From IMG/VR virus record IMGVR_UViG_3300048577_000559: a stretch of DNA of 64,000 bases. One strand, given 5' to 3'. The translations under genes and the position numbers were made by a program. Within the stretch, counting starts at the first letter, position 1, and each line of letters begins with the position of its first letter. Of the stretch, positions 29,328 to 37,617 are shown in pieces. Source of the DNA: a virus. The notes beneath the pieces were generated by a model. It was not told the DNA's origin. It did no database searches and worked only from the letters and a program-made list of their open reading frames with translations.

Positions 29328-29948
29328 TCAGAACATCCGCAGCATGGCGTGGTAGACTTCGGCCTCGGCAATGCAGTCGGCCAGGGCGTCATGCGGATTG
29401 GTATTCGTGATGCCCAGCTTCTTGCACATCGCCCCCAGGCCGACGAAGGGGAACGGGACCGGCTCGCCCGCAAAAGCGGCCTTGTCGTTGAGCGAGATTG
29501 CGTAGAGCATCCCGTCGCGGGCGTGGCTGTGAAACAAGAGGTCCATCTCCTCCACGCCCAGCCACGCCTTGAGGAATGACGACTCGAAGGCCCAGTTGTG
29601 GGCCAGCGGCACGAGGCACTTCTTGAAGGGCAGCTTCAAGTTCAAGAACCAGTCATGGAGCCAATCGGCCACCTGCTCGGCCTCGGGGGCGTGGAGCAAG
29701 AGTTCCGTCATGGGAATCTTGTGCTTGTGCTTCGCGCCGAGCGACTCCCGCTCCGGGTGTTTTGGCTTGACGCGGGTGTAGAACGGCCGCACGCTGGCAA
29801 GGGGCCTGAAGTCCGAGTCCAGCGGCACCACGGCGATCTGGATGATTTCGTGATAGCCGGGCCGCGTGCCGGTGGTCTCCAGGTCTACAGCCGCCATGAG
29901 ACAGCCGTTGAGGTGGACCAGGCCGGGATAGACGATGGAATCAGCCAC
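29328..29948 (-). CDS. DnaQ-like 3'-5' exonuclease (DEDDh).
   Basis: Motifs VDLETTG (Exo I), HNWAFE (Exo II) and HDALADC (Exo III). GTG start preceded by GGGGAGGAAG. Confidence 0.7.
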   Translation of the reverse strand: MADSIVYPGLVHLNGCLMAAVDLETTGTRPGYHEIIQIAVVPLDSDFRPLASVRPFYTRVKPKHPERESLGAKHKHKIPMTELLLHAPEAEQVADWLHDWFLNLKLPFKKCLVPLAHNWAFESSFLKAWLGVEEMDLLFHSHARDGMLYAISLNDKAAFAGEPVPFPFVGLGAMCKKLGITNTNPHDALADCIAEAEVYHAMLRMF

Positions 29949-30378
29949 GGCGGGTCTTCCTCCCCTTCTTGGCAGGCTTGCGGGGTGACTGGCGGGGCGA
30001 CTTGCGGACGACGGGCTGGTAGCACGGCATGTCGTTCAATTCCGCCGGGAGCAGCCCGCGCTCGATCATCTCCTCGTAATGGATCAAGGCCATCGAGTTG
30101 AACATGATCGCGGCAAGATGATCCTCGTCTCGCTTGCCCTGCTGGTACTTCATTACGTGCCGCTTGAGCGAGGCCACGCAACGCGAGAACGGCATCCCCT
30201 TTTCCCAGTTCCGCTCGGCGTACTTGGCCGCGCCCATGCGGAGCCAGTGGCCCTGCCGCTCTTCGGCGAACGGGGAGATCAGGTCGGGCCGGGGCTTGTC
30301 GTCCGCCGTGTCGCGGATCGCCATACCTTTGCCGAAGGATTGCCGTTTGCCGCTGTCGGTCATGCCGTACTTGCTCAT
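29941..30378 (-). CDS. Phage protein with a putative dATP/dGTP-diphosphohydrolase-like domain.
   Basis: RMGAAKYAERNWEKG..SLKRHVMKY..EDHLAAIMFNSMALIHYEE. Recalled as a phage nucleotide-pyrophosphohydrolase-associated domain, with low certainty. RBS GGAGAAG. Confidence 0.35.
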   Translation of the reverse strand: MSKYGMTDSGKRQSFGKGMAIRDTADDKPRPDLISPFAEERQGHWLRMGAAKYAERNWEKGMPFSRCVASLKRHVMKYQQGKRDEDHLAAIMFNSMALIHYEEMIERGLLPAELNDMPCYQPVVRKSPRQSPRKPAKKGRKTRRG

Positions 30379-30557
30379 TGATCTTCTCCGGGGTTCTCTG
30401 AATCAGTGGGTGCAACTTCAATGATGTCGCCGCCGTGCTCGTCGGCGAAGGCCGCTTCGTCTTCCGGCCGCTGGTCTACTTCAACTTCGGCGACCAACTC
30501 AGCCCGTAGCACGGAGCGAGAGAGGAAACCGGCGGAACGGTAGATGCGAAAGGTCAT
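30375..30557 (-). CDS. Small acidic hypothetical protein.
   Basis: 60 aa with RBS AAGGAAGGGG. Its stop overlaps the upstream gene's stop and start (ATGA). Confidence 0.35.
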   Translation of the reverse strand: MTFRIYRSAGFLSRSVLRAELVAEVEVDQRPEDEAAFADEHGGDIIEVAPTDSENPGEDQ

Positions 30558-33220
30558 TTGCGGTCCCCTTCCTTGGCTGGCTTCAGAGTCAGATGGGAAA
30601 CGTATTTCTGGTTGGCGTATCCGACCGTCGTTGAGTGGCGGACGGGCAGTTCCTTGCTGACTCGCTTCTTGGACCAGGCGTGTTTTTCGTTGGGCGGGAG
30701 CCATTGCTGGAAGCGGTCGTAGAATTCCGCAAACGGCGTATGCGCGTCGGGCATCTTTTCGCAACACTCGGCAATGAACTGTTCCAATTCCGTTTGATTG
30801 GCTTCTTCGGCGGACAGTTTGCTGGCGGTCGTGACCACCGGCAGTCGGAGCCGGTCAATCATGGGCGGCAATTCCAGGTGCATCAGCGTGTGAAGGAAAT
30901 GCGGGGCCTCTTGTTCAAGGAACGCCTCCATCTTCGGCTTGGCGATGCGTTGCTCGTCCAACAGATCGGCGACGTAGATGGCCGTGATGCGGGTGTCGCC
31001 GGGGAAGATCGGACAATTCTCTTGGCTGTTGGCCGTATGCACCCAATGGGTTGCATTGGGCTGCTCGAAACTGTCCTGGCGCAGCTTGCGGATGGAGATG
31101 GTCCGGCCCGTCACCCATGCCTTGAGTCGTTCACGGGCACCAGGGCACTTCGAGATGTCCACTTCTTCCACAGCACAGATGATTGCCCCGGAGAGTTCGC
31201 CATTGAAGCCATCGCGTCCCTCAAGCGGCCGTTTGGCCTGGACCACGCCCTTGGTCACTAAGAGTTGCAGCGATTCGTGGAAGATGCTCTTGCCGCTGTT
31301 CTCGGGGCCGAAGAAGAAAAGGTATGGTGTGGGTTGAAACGGATCGCGGAAGGCACACGCCACCCAGGCACGGAGATAGTCGGCCCCGGTCCTAATTCCG
31401 GCGTCAATGGCCCAGGGCAATTCCCGCAGCCTGGGCGTTAGCTCGTGGCCGATGTGGTCGAAGATCAAGTCCCAATGCGGATGGCAGGGAATCTCGTCGT
31501 CGGCCAACTCGGCGGGCTTGTACTTGAACTGGGCGGCGTCCATGTTCCATTGCCGGCCGCCGGGGTACTCTTCGCGGAAGGGGAGGTTGACCAAGCGCCA
31601 GCCACGGGCAACGGCCCCGCCCATGATGGCCTCGGCGTCGGCCTTGGCCTGCCCCAGGTTTTGCAGGATCATTTTCACGTTGGCGGCCGGCTGCCGGACC
31701 CATTCCTTGTTCTTCTTCACGACCCAGCCGGCGTGCTCGACGGCGGCGGTCTCCAACGCGCGGATGATTCCGTCAAATTCATTGAAATCCAGGTCGTTCT
31801 CTTCCTTGGGGTCCGTCTTGATCTGGAAAATCTTGACGTACTTCCCCTTCTTCTCTTCCCAGCCTTTCAACGGCTCTTCGTCTTTCCTCTTCCGCTCGAT
31901 CTCCACTACCAATCGGCCGTCCTTGTGGGCCTTGAGCGTCACCTTGCGGTCCATGACGCTCGGGTCCAGCTTGAGGTCTTCGCCCAGGCTTTTCGCGGCC
32001 TGGATGGCGGCGTCTGCCGACGCAAAGACATAGCCGCCTTGCTCACGCTCCACGCCGCCAAGTAGCGTGCAAGCAATCTTCAGGTCCGGGTAGCGGTTGA
32101 AGTAGCAGGTGGTCCAGCCTTGACCGTCCTGAGTCCAGGTGTCGGCCTCGGCGATGCCGGGCGAGAAGCGATAGACCCGCCAAGCCCCGTTGGGCAGCGG
32201 AAAGAGGAAACAGTTGGGCGTGCCAGGGTCGCGGCCCTCCGAGATCGTCTTGAAGATGCCCACTAGCTTCAGGGCTTTTCCTTCGGGGCCATTCAAGAGT
32301 TCGCGGAGCGCTGTGGTGTGACTTTGCAGGAGATGGTGGTCAGCCACCCAGAGCGTGGTGGCCCCGGAGCGCATCAGGGCCTCGATCTGCGCCTTGTGGC
32401 TGTCGTCCAGGGGAATGATCTTCCGGCTGGAGGCGAGGGCCTCGAAAGGGTCCGTATCGTCTTCGGCTACCTCGTTGATGCGGACCTTCGTGCGGCGACC
32501 CCTGACCACTTCGATATGGTCCCGCCAGTTGGCCGGCAGATCGGCGAGTGAGAGGCGCTTCTCAGCGGGCTTGATGATCTCCAGCCCGTGGTTCTCGACC
32601 GACATCTTGCGGTGCCAAATCCACATGACGTGGCCGCAAGCGTCGATCGCGCTGGCGAAGTCGAAGCCCACCTCGGCCGACATCATCCCCAGGATGCAGC
32701 GGGCCAGGGCAGCGTGCTCGGTGTGGTTGGCGGTCGGCACGCCAGCATCGTCGAGATAGACATAGAGGTGGATGCCGCCGCCGCCCGTGCTGCGGCGAAC
32801 TTCGACGTAAGGCAGGGCGCAAGCCGCCTGTTTGACTTTCTCTAATTGGGCCTCGTCGATGCCAATGCCTTGGGCGTGTCCGGTCAGGGCATCGAAATCA
32901 TAGCCGAAGTGACGGGATAAGCGGGCCTGCCAATCCCAGCCTGTCATGCCGATCCCTTCGGCGTACAGGTCGAAGGGATAGCCGATCTTGTAATCTTCCC
33001 ACGTCGGGTCCGTGGCCGCGTTCTTCGGGATGCGGATGGAGTGCCAAGTGTCGCTGCCGTTCGTCCAAGTGGACTTCTTCCCGGCCACCGGCTCGCCGTC
33101 GCCGGCCATTACGTTGACCTGCGTTTCCATTGCTGCGGACCAGCGATCCACCAGGTCGGCGTTGGCCGGCGTCTTCCGGGCATGAAGGAAGTCGTAGAGC
33201 GATTCGCTGACTAAGGGCAT
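30554..33220 (-). CDS. DNA primase / SF3 helicase (P4/D5-like primase-helicase).
   Basis: 888 aa. N-terminal primase-like region with STGGGGIHLYVYLD, and a C-terminal Walker A FFFGPENSGKS as in D5/P4 SF3 NTPases. Start MPLVSESL at 33220. The longer ORF to 33562 is rejected. Confidence 0.65.
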   Translation of the reverse strand: MPLVSESLYDFLHARKTPANADLVDRWSAAMETQVNVMAGDGEPVAGKKSTWTNGSDTWHSIRIPKNAATDPTWEDYKIGYPFDLYAEGIGMTGWDWQARLSRHFGYDFDALTGHAQGIGIDEAQLEKVKQAACALPYVEVRRSTGGGGIHLYVYLDDAGVPTANHTEHAALARCILGMMSAEVGFDFASAIDACGHVMWIWHRKMSVENHGLEIIKPAEKRLSLADLPANWRDHIEVVRGRRTKVRINEVAEDDTDPFEALASSRKIIPLDDSHKAQIEALMRSGATTLWVADHHLLQSHTTALRELLNGPEGKALKLVGIFKTISEGRDPGTPNCFLFPLPNGAWRVYRFSPGIAEADTWTQDGQGWTTCYFNRYPDLKIACTLLGGVEREQGGYVFASADAAIQAAKSLGEDLKLDPSVMDRKVTLKAHKDGRLVVEIERKRKDEEPLKGWEEKKGKYVKIFQIKTDPKEENDLDFNEFDGIIRALETAAVEHAGWVVKKNKEWVRQPAANVKMILQNLGQAKADAEAIMGGAVARGWRLVNLPFREEYPGGRQWNMDAAQFKYKPAELADDEIPCHPHWDLIFDHIGHELTPRLRELPWAIDAGIRTGADYLRAWVACAFRDPFQPTPYLFFFGPENSGKSIFHESLQLLVTKGVVQAKRPLEGRDGFNGELSGAIICAVEEVDISKCPGARERLKAWVTGRTISIRKLRQDSFEQPNATHWVHTANSQENCPIFPGDTRITAIYVADLLDEQRIAKPKMEAFLEQEAPHFLHTLMHLELPPMIDRLRLPVVTTASKLSAEEANQTELEQFIAECCEKMPDAHTPFAEFYDRFQQWLPPNEKHAWSKKRVSKELPVRHSTTVGYANQKYVSHLTLKPAKEGDRK

Positions 33221-33304
33221 GACATCTCTCTGAAAGGCCGCGTCGGTCGATCCGTAGTGAGCGTATAAACGCGCATGGCATCGGGCCTCGAATAGCGGGC
33301 CGCG

Positions 33305-33393
33305 TAGACACCTATACAAGACTGCCAAAAGCTCGCAGTTTCCCAGAAATGTTGGGAAAAAACGGGACTTTGGCAGTCTTGTATAGGTGTCTA
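33305..33393. promoter_or_regulatory. 25-bp perfect inverted repeat (TAGACACCTATACAAGACTGCCAAA ... TTTGGCAGTCTTGTATAGGTGTCTA) in a divergent intergenic region.
   Basis: Arms at 33305-33329 and 33369-33393 separated by about 39 bp, between the divergent primase-helicase and ParB-like genes. Confidence 0.55.
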
Positions 33394-33413
33394 CGTATGA
33401 CGCGGATGCACCG

Positions 33414-34343
33414 ATGCCTGAGCAACTGCCCGACGAGTTCCGACTAATTTCCCTGGACCAGATTATCGAGCCGTGGGTCGTCCTGCGGGTCGTGAACCGG
33501 GAGTCCATTGAGTACCTGGAACTGCGTGATTCGTTGGCGGCAGTCGGCCCGCTGAATTCCATCTGTGTGCGACCGTCCGAGCGGCGGCCCGGCTGTTACG
33601 AAGTCGTGGACGGCCTCTATCGGTACACGGCTGCCGTGGAATTACGGCTGCCAGCGCTGCCCTGCATCGTGAAGCACAACCTCACCGACGACGACGTACT
33701 GGCGCTTCAGATTCAGGCCAATGCCTTGCGGCCCGAAACGACGGCCGTGGAGTACGCGCGGCAGATCAAGCGGATCATGGACGCTCTCACGACTCGGCAG
33801 GGCATGGACGCAACGCTGGCTGACGTGAGCAATCTGATCCACAAAGGGACGGCCTGGATCGGCGATCAACTGAGGCTGCTGAGTCTGCGGCCGGACATCC
33901 AAAAGGCCGTGGAGCGTGGCGAGATACCGCTGAAGTCGGCCTACATGCTCGCCAAGCTGCCGCGCATCCATCAGGCGCAGTTAGTGGAACTGGCGAAGAC
34001 GGTCCCGGCACGGGAGTTCGTTCCCGTGGCGGCTCGTCTGGTCAAGCAGATTCAAGAGGCCGCCCGTCAAGGGAAGCTGCATGATCTCTGCAAGGACTTC
34101 GAGCCGGTGCCTCACTTGCGGCCCTTGAAGGACCTATTGGCCGAGTACCGCGAGCATCAGCTTGGCGGTTTGGCACTCACGATGGCTGACTGCAAGACGC
34201 CGGTGGATGGCTGGTATCTGGCCCTAGAGTGGGCGCTGAACCTGGATCAGGAGAGCATCCGCGAACAACGAGAGAGAGTCCTGGCGCGGAGCCGCGCGAA
34301 TCTCTTGGAACGGAGGGTAGAGCCATGTGACGACAACGAGTGA
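33414..34343 (+). CDS. ParB/Srx-like N-terminal domain protein.
   Basis: ParB-N-like segments LELRDSLAAVGPLNSICVRP..YEVVDGLYRYTAA. Start at ATG 33414, or GTG 33387. Confidence 0.5.
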   Translation: MPEQLPDEFRLISLDQIIEPWVVLRVVNRESIEYLELRDSLAAVGPLNSICVRPSERRPGCYEVVDGLYRYTAAVELRLPALPCIVKHNLTDDDVLALQIQANALRPETTAVEYARQIKRIMDALTTRQGMDATLADVSNLIHKGTAWIGDQLRLLSLRPDIQKAVERGEIPLKSAYMLAKLPRIHQAQLVELAKTVPAREFVPVAARLVKQIQEAARQGKLHDLCKDFEPVPHLRPLKDLLAEYREHQLGGLALTMADCKTPVDGWYLALEWALNLDQESIREQRERVLARSRANLLERRVEPCDDNE

Positions 34344-34360
34344 CCCACCTTCTCGACGCT

Positions 34361-34406
34361 TGAACCCTGAATCCTGAACCTTGAATCCTGAACCTGAACC
34401 CTGAAA
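34361..34406. repeat. Six tandem 7-bp repeats TGAA(C/T)CC, iteron-like.
   Basis: tgaaccc tgaatcc tgaacct tgaatcc tgaacc tgaaccc, immediately upstream of the 34415 start. Confidence 0.6.
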
Positions 34407-34414
34407 GAACAGCC

Positions 34415-35152
34415 ATGTCCGACACCGCTTTGGTTCCCATCAATCTCGACCAGCTTCCCTCCACCCAGATCGGCACCGACGATCAGTTCGCCGAACTGGC
34501 GAAGGGCGGCGACTACATCGGCCGGATGCAACTCTACACGAAGTCGAAGGCCAACATGAAGGGCCTCATTCCGCAAGGCCACTACGGCATCCCCGAGTCC
34601 GATGAAGAGATCATCGACTTGGGGACTGCCGTGGACCTGCTCCCGCTGGCCCGCCGGCCCAAAGCCATTGACATGACCGACATGGAGGCCCTGGTCATCT
34701 CCTACGACATGGAATCAGAGGAGTTCAAGCGGATCGCCGCTAAGTCTACCGAGTCCGATTCGCACTGCCAGTACGGCCCCAGCTTCTTGGTCTACGAGCG
34801 GAGCACCGGCCGGTTCCTGGAATTCTTCTGCGGCAACAAGTCGAGCCGCATTGAGGCCAAGAAGCTCTTTCCTTTCCTGCCGCTCACCCAGGCGGACATC
34901 AATGCCAAGGCGGCAGCCGGCAATGCGGTCGGCGATCTCAAGCCACACGGCCCGATCCCCGTCACCTTGAAGGTCAAGGTGGCCGAGAACCGCAAGGGCA
35001 CTTGGCACGTTCCCGTCGTGGTGATGTGCTCTACGCCATTCACCCGGTTGCCTTCCGATGACGTAATCGTGCGGGAGATCAACAAGTTCCTCACGATCAA
35101 GGACAACGGCGTCGAGAAGGTCCAGGACAGCAAGCCGGCCCGTGCCCGGTAG
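34415..35152 (+). CDS. Hypothetical protein, a candidate replication or recombination factor.
   Basis: 245-aa ORF preceded by the heptamer repeats and followed by a terminator. Confidence 0.4.
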   Translation: MSDTALVPINLDQLPSTQIGTDDQFAELAKGGDYIGRMQLYTKSKANMKGLIPQGHYGIPESDEEIIDLGTAVDLLPLARRPKAIDMTDMEALVISYDMESEEFKRIAAKSTESDSHCQYGPSFLVYERSTGRFLEFFCGNKSSRIEAKKLFPFLPLTQADINAKAAAGNAVGDLKPHGPIPVTLKVKVAENRKGTWHVPVVVMCSTPFTRLPSDDVIVREINKFLTIKDNGVEKVQDSKPARAR

Positions 35153-35163
35153 TCTCCTCTTCC

Positions 35164-35209
35164 GCCGAGGGCGGCGATGGCGACCGCCCTCGGCCTCTCT
35201 TTCTCTTCC
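35164..35209 (+). terminator. Rho-independent terminator.
   Basis: 11-bp stem GCCGAGGGCGG/CCGCCCTCGGC with a 9-nt loop, followed by CTCTCTTTCTCTTCC. Confidence 0.55.
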
Positions 35210-35322
35210 GCTTGGCCTCGGCCTAAGCGCGGCCTGACCGTGGGAAGCTGGAACAGGTGTGCCACGGCCTCAACCGGATTGTCGGTGAAGGGGATTCCAG
35301 CAAGCGGAGCCACTGTAAGACC

Positions 35323-35850
35323 ATGATGCCTGACGCCGTATTGATCCAAGTCCCCAGCATTGACTTCCGCACCTTCATTGGCCTCAGCCATAAGGTGTTG
35401 GGCCGCTCGCCGGCTGCGCCTTCAGATGCTTGCCGGCGGCAGTTATCGGATGCCGAGCGATTCCTAAGCTGCCTAGCGGCGATGCGCGACGAGCGGGCAC
35501 CTGTGGGGCTGTCGCCCCATCTACTGAAGCATGTCTCGTTCAGCGCCTTCATTGGGGCTGATGAACGGGACATGCTCGACATCCTCCAGCTTTGCGCGGG
35601 AATGTCGTTTGTAGTGGTGGAGACTCTGGTGCGGGGCGTCCAGGCGGCCGTCGTCACCGGCACCCTCTCCCAGTGGCGGGATGCCGTTGTCTCGGGATGC
35701 AGCAAAGGCATCCCAACGCCCGTCCGGCACTGCTTCAACAAGTTGCACGGCCTCTTCATGGCCGCCGGCCTGTACGTCTGGGGCGACTACTCGCCCCGCA
35801 GTGCCCCGGACCAAACTTTTCTGCTCCTGGAAGACAAAAGGGGCCGGTAG
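35323..35850 (+). CDS. Hypothetical protein.
   Basis: ORF running 35257-35850. Start taken at MMPDAVLIQ. Confidence 0.3.
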   Translation: MMPDAVLIQVPSIDFRTFIGLSHKVLGRSPAAPSDACRRQLSDAERFLSCLAAMRDERAPVGLSPHLLKHVSFSAFIGADERDMLDILQLCAGMSFVVVETLVRGVQAAVVTGTLSQWRDAVVSGCSKGIPTPVRHCFNKLHGLFMAAGLYVWGDYSPRSAPDQTFLLLEDKRGR

Positions 35851-35852
35851 CA

Positions 35853-35890
35853 CTCCAGATTCACGGCCGGTTTACGATCTCCCAGCGGAG
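35853..35890 (+). promoter_or_regulatory. Bipartite motif copy A: CTCCAGA-N16-GATCTCCCAGCGGAG.
   Basis: Exact match of both half-sites with a 16-nt spacer, 33 nt upstream of the ATG of the 35923 gene. Confidence 0.5.
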
Positions 35891-35922
35891 TGACTGTCAT
35901 TGCTTTCGTGTAAGAACCTATC

Positions 35923-37617
35923 ATGCAGCCCTTCTTCGAGCAGAACAACCTGAGCCTGTATTGCGGCAACTGCCTCGACGTGCTCGCCACGCTCCCCGAG
36001 GCGTCCGTGGATTACGTCGTGACAGACCCACCCTACCTTCTCAACTTTATGGAGAAGGATTGGGACGCTGCTGGCGGCGACATCCCAACAAGCGAGTTGG
36101 TATTTCGGTCCTGGTTCGCCGGTTTGGTTGCCGGGGAGGCGTGCTTCCGAATCCACCGTGAAAAGGACGGAACCTACTACGCTTGTGAGTTCAACATCAA
36201 GATGCGTGCCGATGAAGGCCCGCTGCTGCGGGCGTTAGCTCGGCGCATCGAAGCAGGGAATGTGCAGGACATTCCGGCTGAGTCGCGCGCTGTGAATAGT
36301 GGACCAGCCGTGAAGTGGGTTGTCCACTCCCGCGAGGATTGCTGGAAGATCGCCCGCTTGTTGGACGGCACGCCACTCTATGCGAAGAAGCAACGTGAAT
36401 ACGATCTGTGGCGCAGAGCCCTGAACGTCTGGACGACAACGCCGCGTGGCAACCGTTGGTGTGGTCCGCGCGACAATTCGGCAATGGAATCCTTGTGGGA
36501 GGAGATGAAGACGCTGCGGCCGTTCGATCAGGACTTGGCTGATGGCGACTTCGATCCGCTGCGGCAACCGGATTACCTCTTCCACAATCGTTGGGCGAAA
36601 GCCTGCCTGCGCGTTGTGAAACCCGGCGGCCTCCTGCTGGCGTTTGGCGGTACACGCACCTATCACCGGCTGACTTGCGCAATCGAGGACGCCGGGTGGG
36701 AGATTCGGGACGCGCTGATGTGGCTCTATGGGCAGGGGATGCCCAAGTGCGGCGACATCGGCAAACTGATCGACAAGTCGAAAGGCGCGAAGCGCGAAAT
36801 CATCGGCGACAAGTTGGATCGTCCCGGCTACCACTTGCACGAAGGCAAGGGAAACGGGTGCTACGGCGGCGGCAACGGACTTCATGCCCCTGGCACGGAT
36901 GCTCGGCTTCGCGCCGCGCAGATAACGGCACCGGCGACTCCCGAGGGCGCGAAGTGGACCGGCTGGGCGATGGCGTTGAAGCCGGCCTGGGAGCCAATCG
37001 TCCTGGCGATGAAGCCGCTGGACGGCACGATTGCCCACAACGCCCTGACCTGGGGCGTGGCCGGCATGAACATTCAGGCTTCCCGCATCGGCAACGAGAG
37101 CACGATACGCACTCGCGGGGACAGCTTGACGGACGCCGGCTGGGCCAGCACGAACCGCTCGCCTCTGGGCGGGTCGGAATGCGGGCGATGGCCGGCGAAC
37201 TTACTGCTGGACGAGGAAGCGGCTGTTCAACTGGACACTCAAGCGGGCACGCTTACGAGCGGCACCAACTGCGTCCGCACGAAATCCGGCGACGGCTACC
37301 ACGGCCGTCTCGGTAAGGCGGGCGATGTGCAGATCAGCTACGGCGACTCCGGCGGAGCGAGCCGGTTTTTCTACTGTGCTAAAGCGACACGCACGGAGCG
37401 CGGGCCGGGCAACGACCATCCGACCGTTAAGCCCCTGGCCCTCATGGAGTACCTGTTGACGCTGCTCTCGACCCCGGATGGCGGCGTGATTCTGGACCCC
37501 TTCGCCGGCAGCGGCACCACGCTCTTGGCCGCCAAAAGCCTTGGCCGCCGTTGCATCGGCGTCGAGTTGACCGCACACAACTGCGAGATCGCCCGAGGGA
37601 GATTGCATGTCGCTTGA
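35923..37617 (+). CDS. DNA methyltransferase (N6A/N4C, beta class) with an embedded LAGLIDADG-like domain.
   Basis: Motif IV DPPY near the N-terminus, RVVKPGG downstream, and motif I DPFAGSGTT at the C-terminus. An insertion of about 180 aa contains WFAGLVAGEACF...GPLLRALARRIEAGNV...WKIARLLDGTPLYAKKQREYDLWRRAL, matching the LAGLIDADG homing-endonuclease pattern. Confidence 0.65.
   Translation: MQPFFEQNNLSLYCGNCLDVLATLPEASVDYVVTDPPYLLNFMEKDWDAAGGDIPTSELVFRSWFAGLVAGEACFRIHREKDGTYYACEFNIKMRADEGPLLRALARRIEAGNVQDIPAESRAVNSGPAVKWVVHSREDCWKIARLLDGTPLYAKKQREYDLWRRALNVWTTTPRGNRWCGPRDNSAMESLWEEMKTLRPFDQDLADGDFDPLRQPDYLFHNRWAKACLRVVKPGGLLLAFGGTRTYHRLTCAIEDAGWEIRDALMWLYGQGMPKCGDIGKLIDKSKGAKREIIGDKLDRPGYHLHEGKGNGCYGGGNGLHAPGTDARLRAAQITAPATPEGAKWTGWAMALKPAWEPIVLAMKPLDGTIAHNALTWGVAGMNIQASRIGNESTIRTRGDSLTDAGWASTNRSPLGGSECGRWPANLLLDEEAAVQLDTQAGTLTSGTNCVRTKSGDGYHGRLGKAGDVQISYGDSGGASRFFYCAKATRTERGPGNDHPTVKPLALMEYLLTLLSTPDGGVILDPFAGSGTTLLAAKSLGRRCIGVELTAHNCEIARGRLHVA

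Noticed and set aside
30554-33562. Longer 1002-aa version of the primase-helicase ORF starting at 33562.
   Set aside because: The extra N-terminal 113 aa would be translated through the 25-bp inverted repeat and the divergent promoter region, and overlap the ParB-like gene. The internal ATG at 33220 (MPLVSESL) gives a sensible start.
36043-36588. Canonical intein within the 35923 methyltransferase.
   Set aside because: LAGLIDADG-like domain is present, but no Cys/Ser/Thr nucleophile at a plausible N-terminal junction and no HN followed by C/S/T at the C-terminal junction (sequence reads FHN-R). It is recorded instead as an embedded LAGLIDADG-like domain of uncertain nature.
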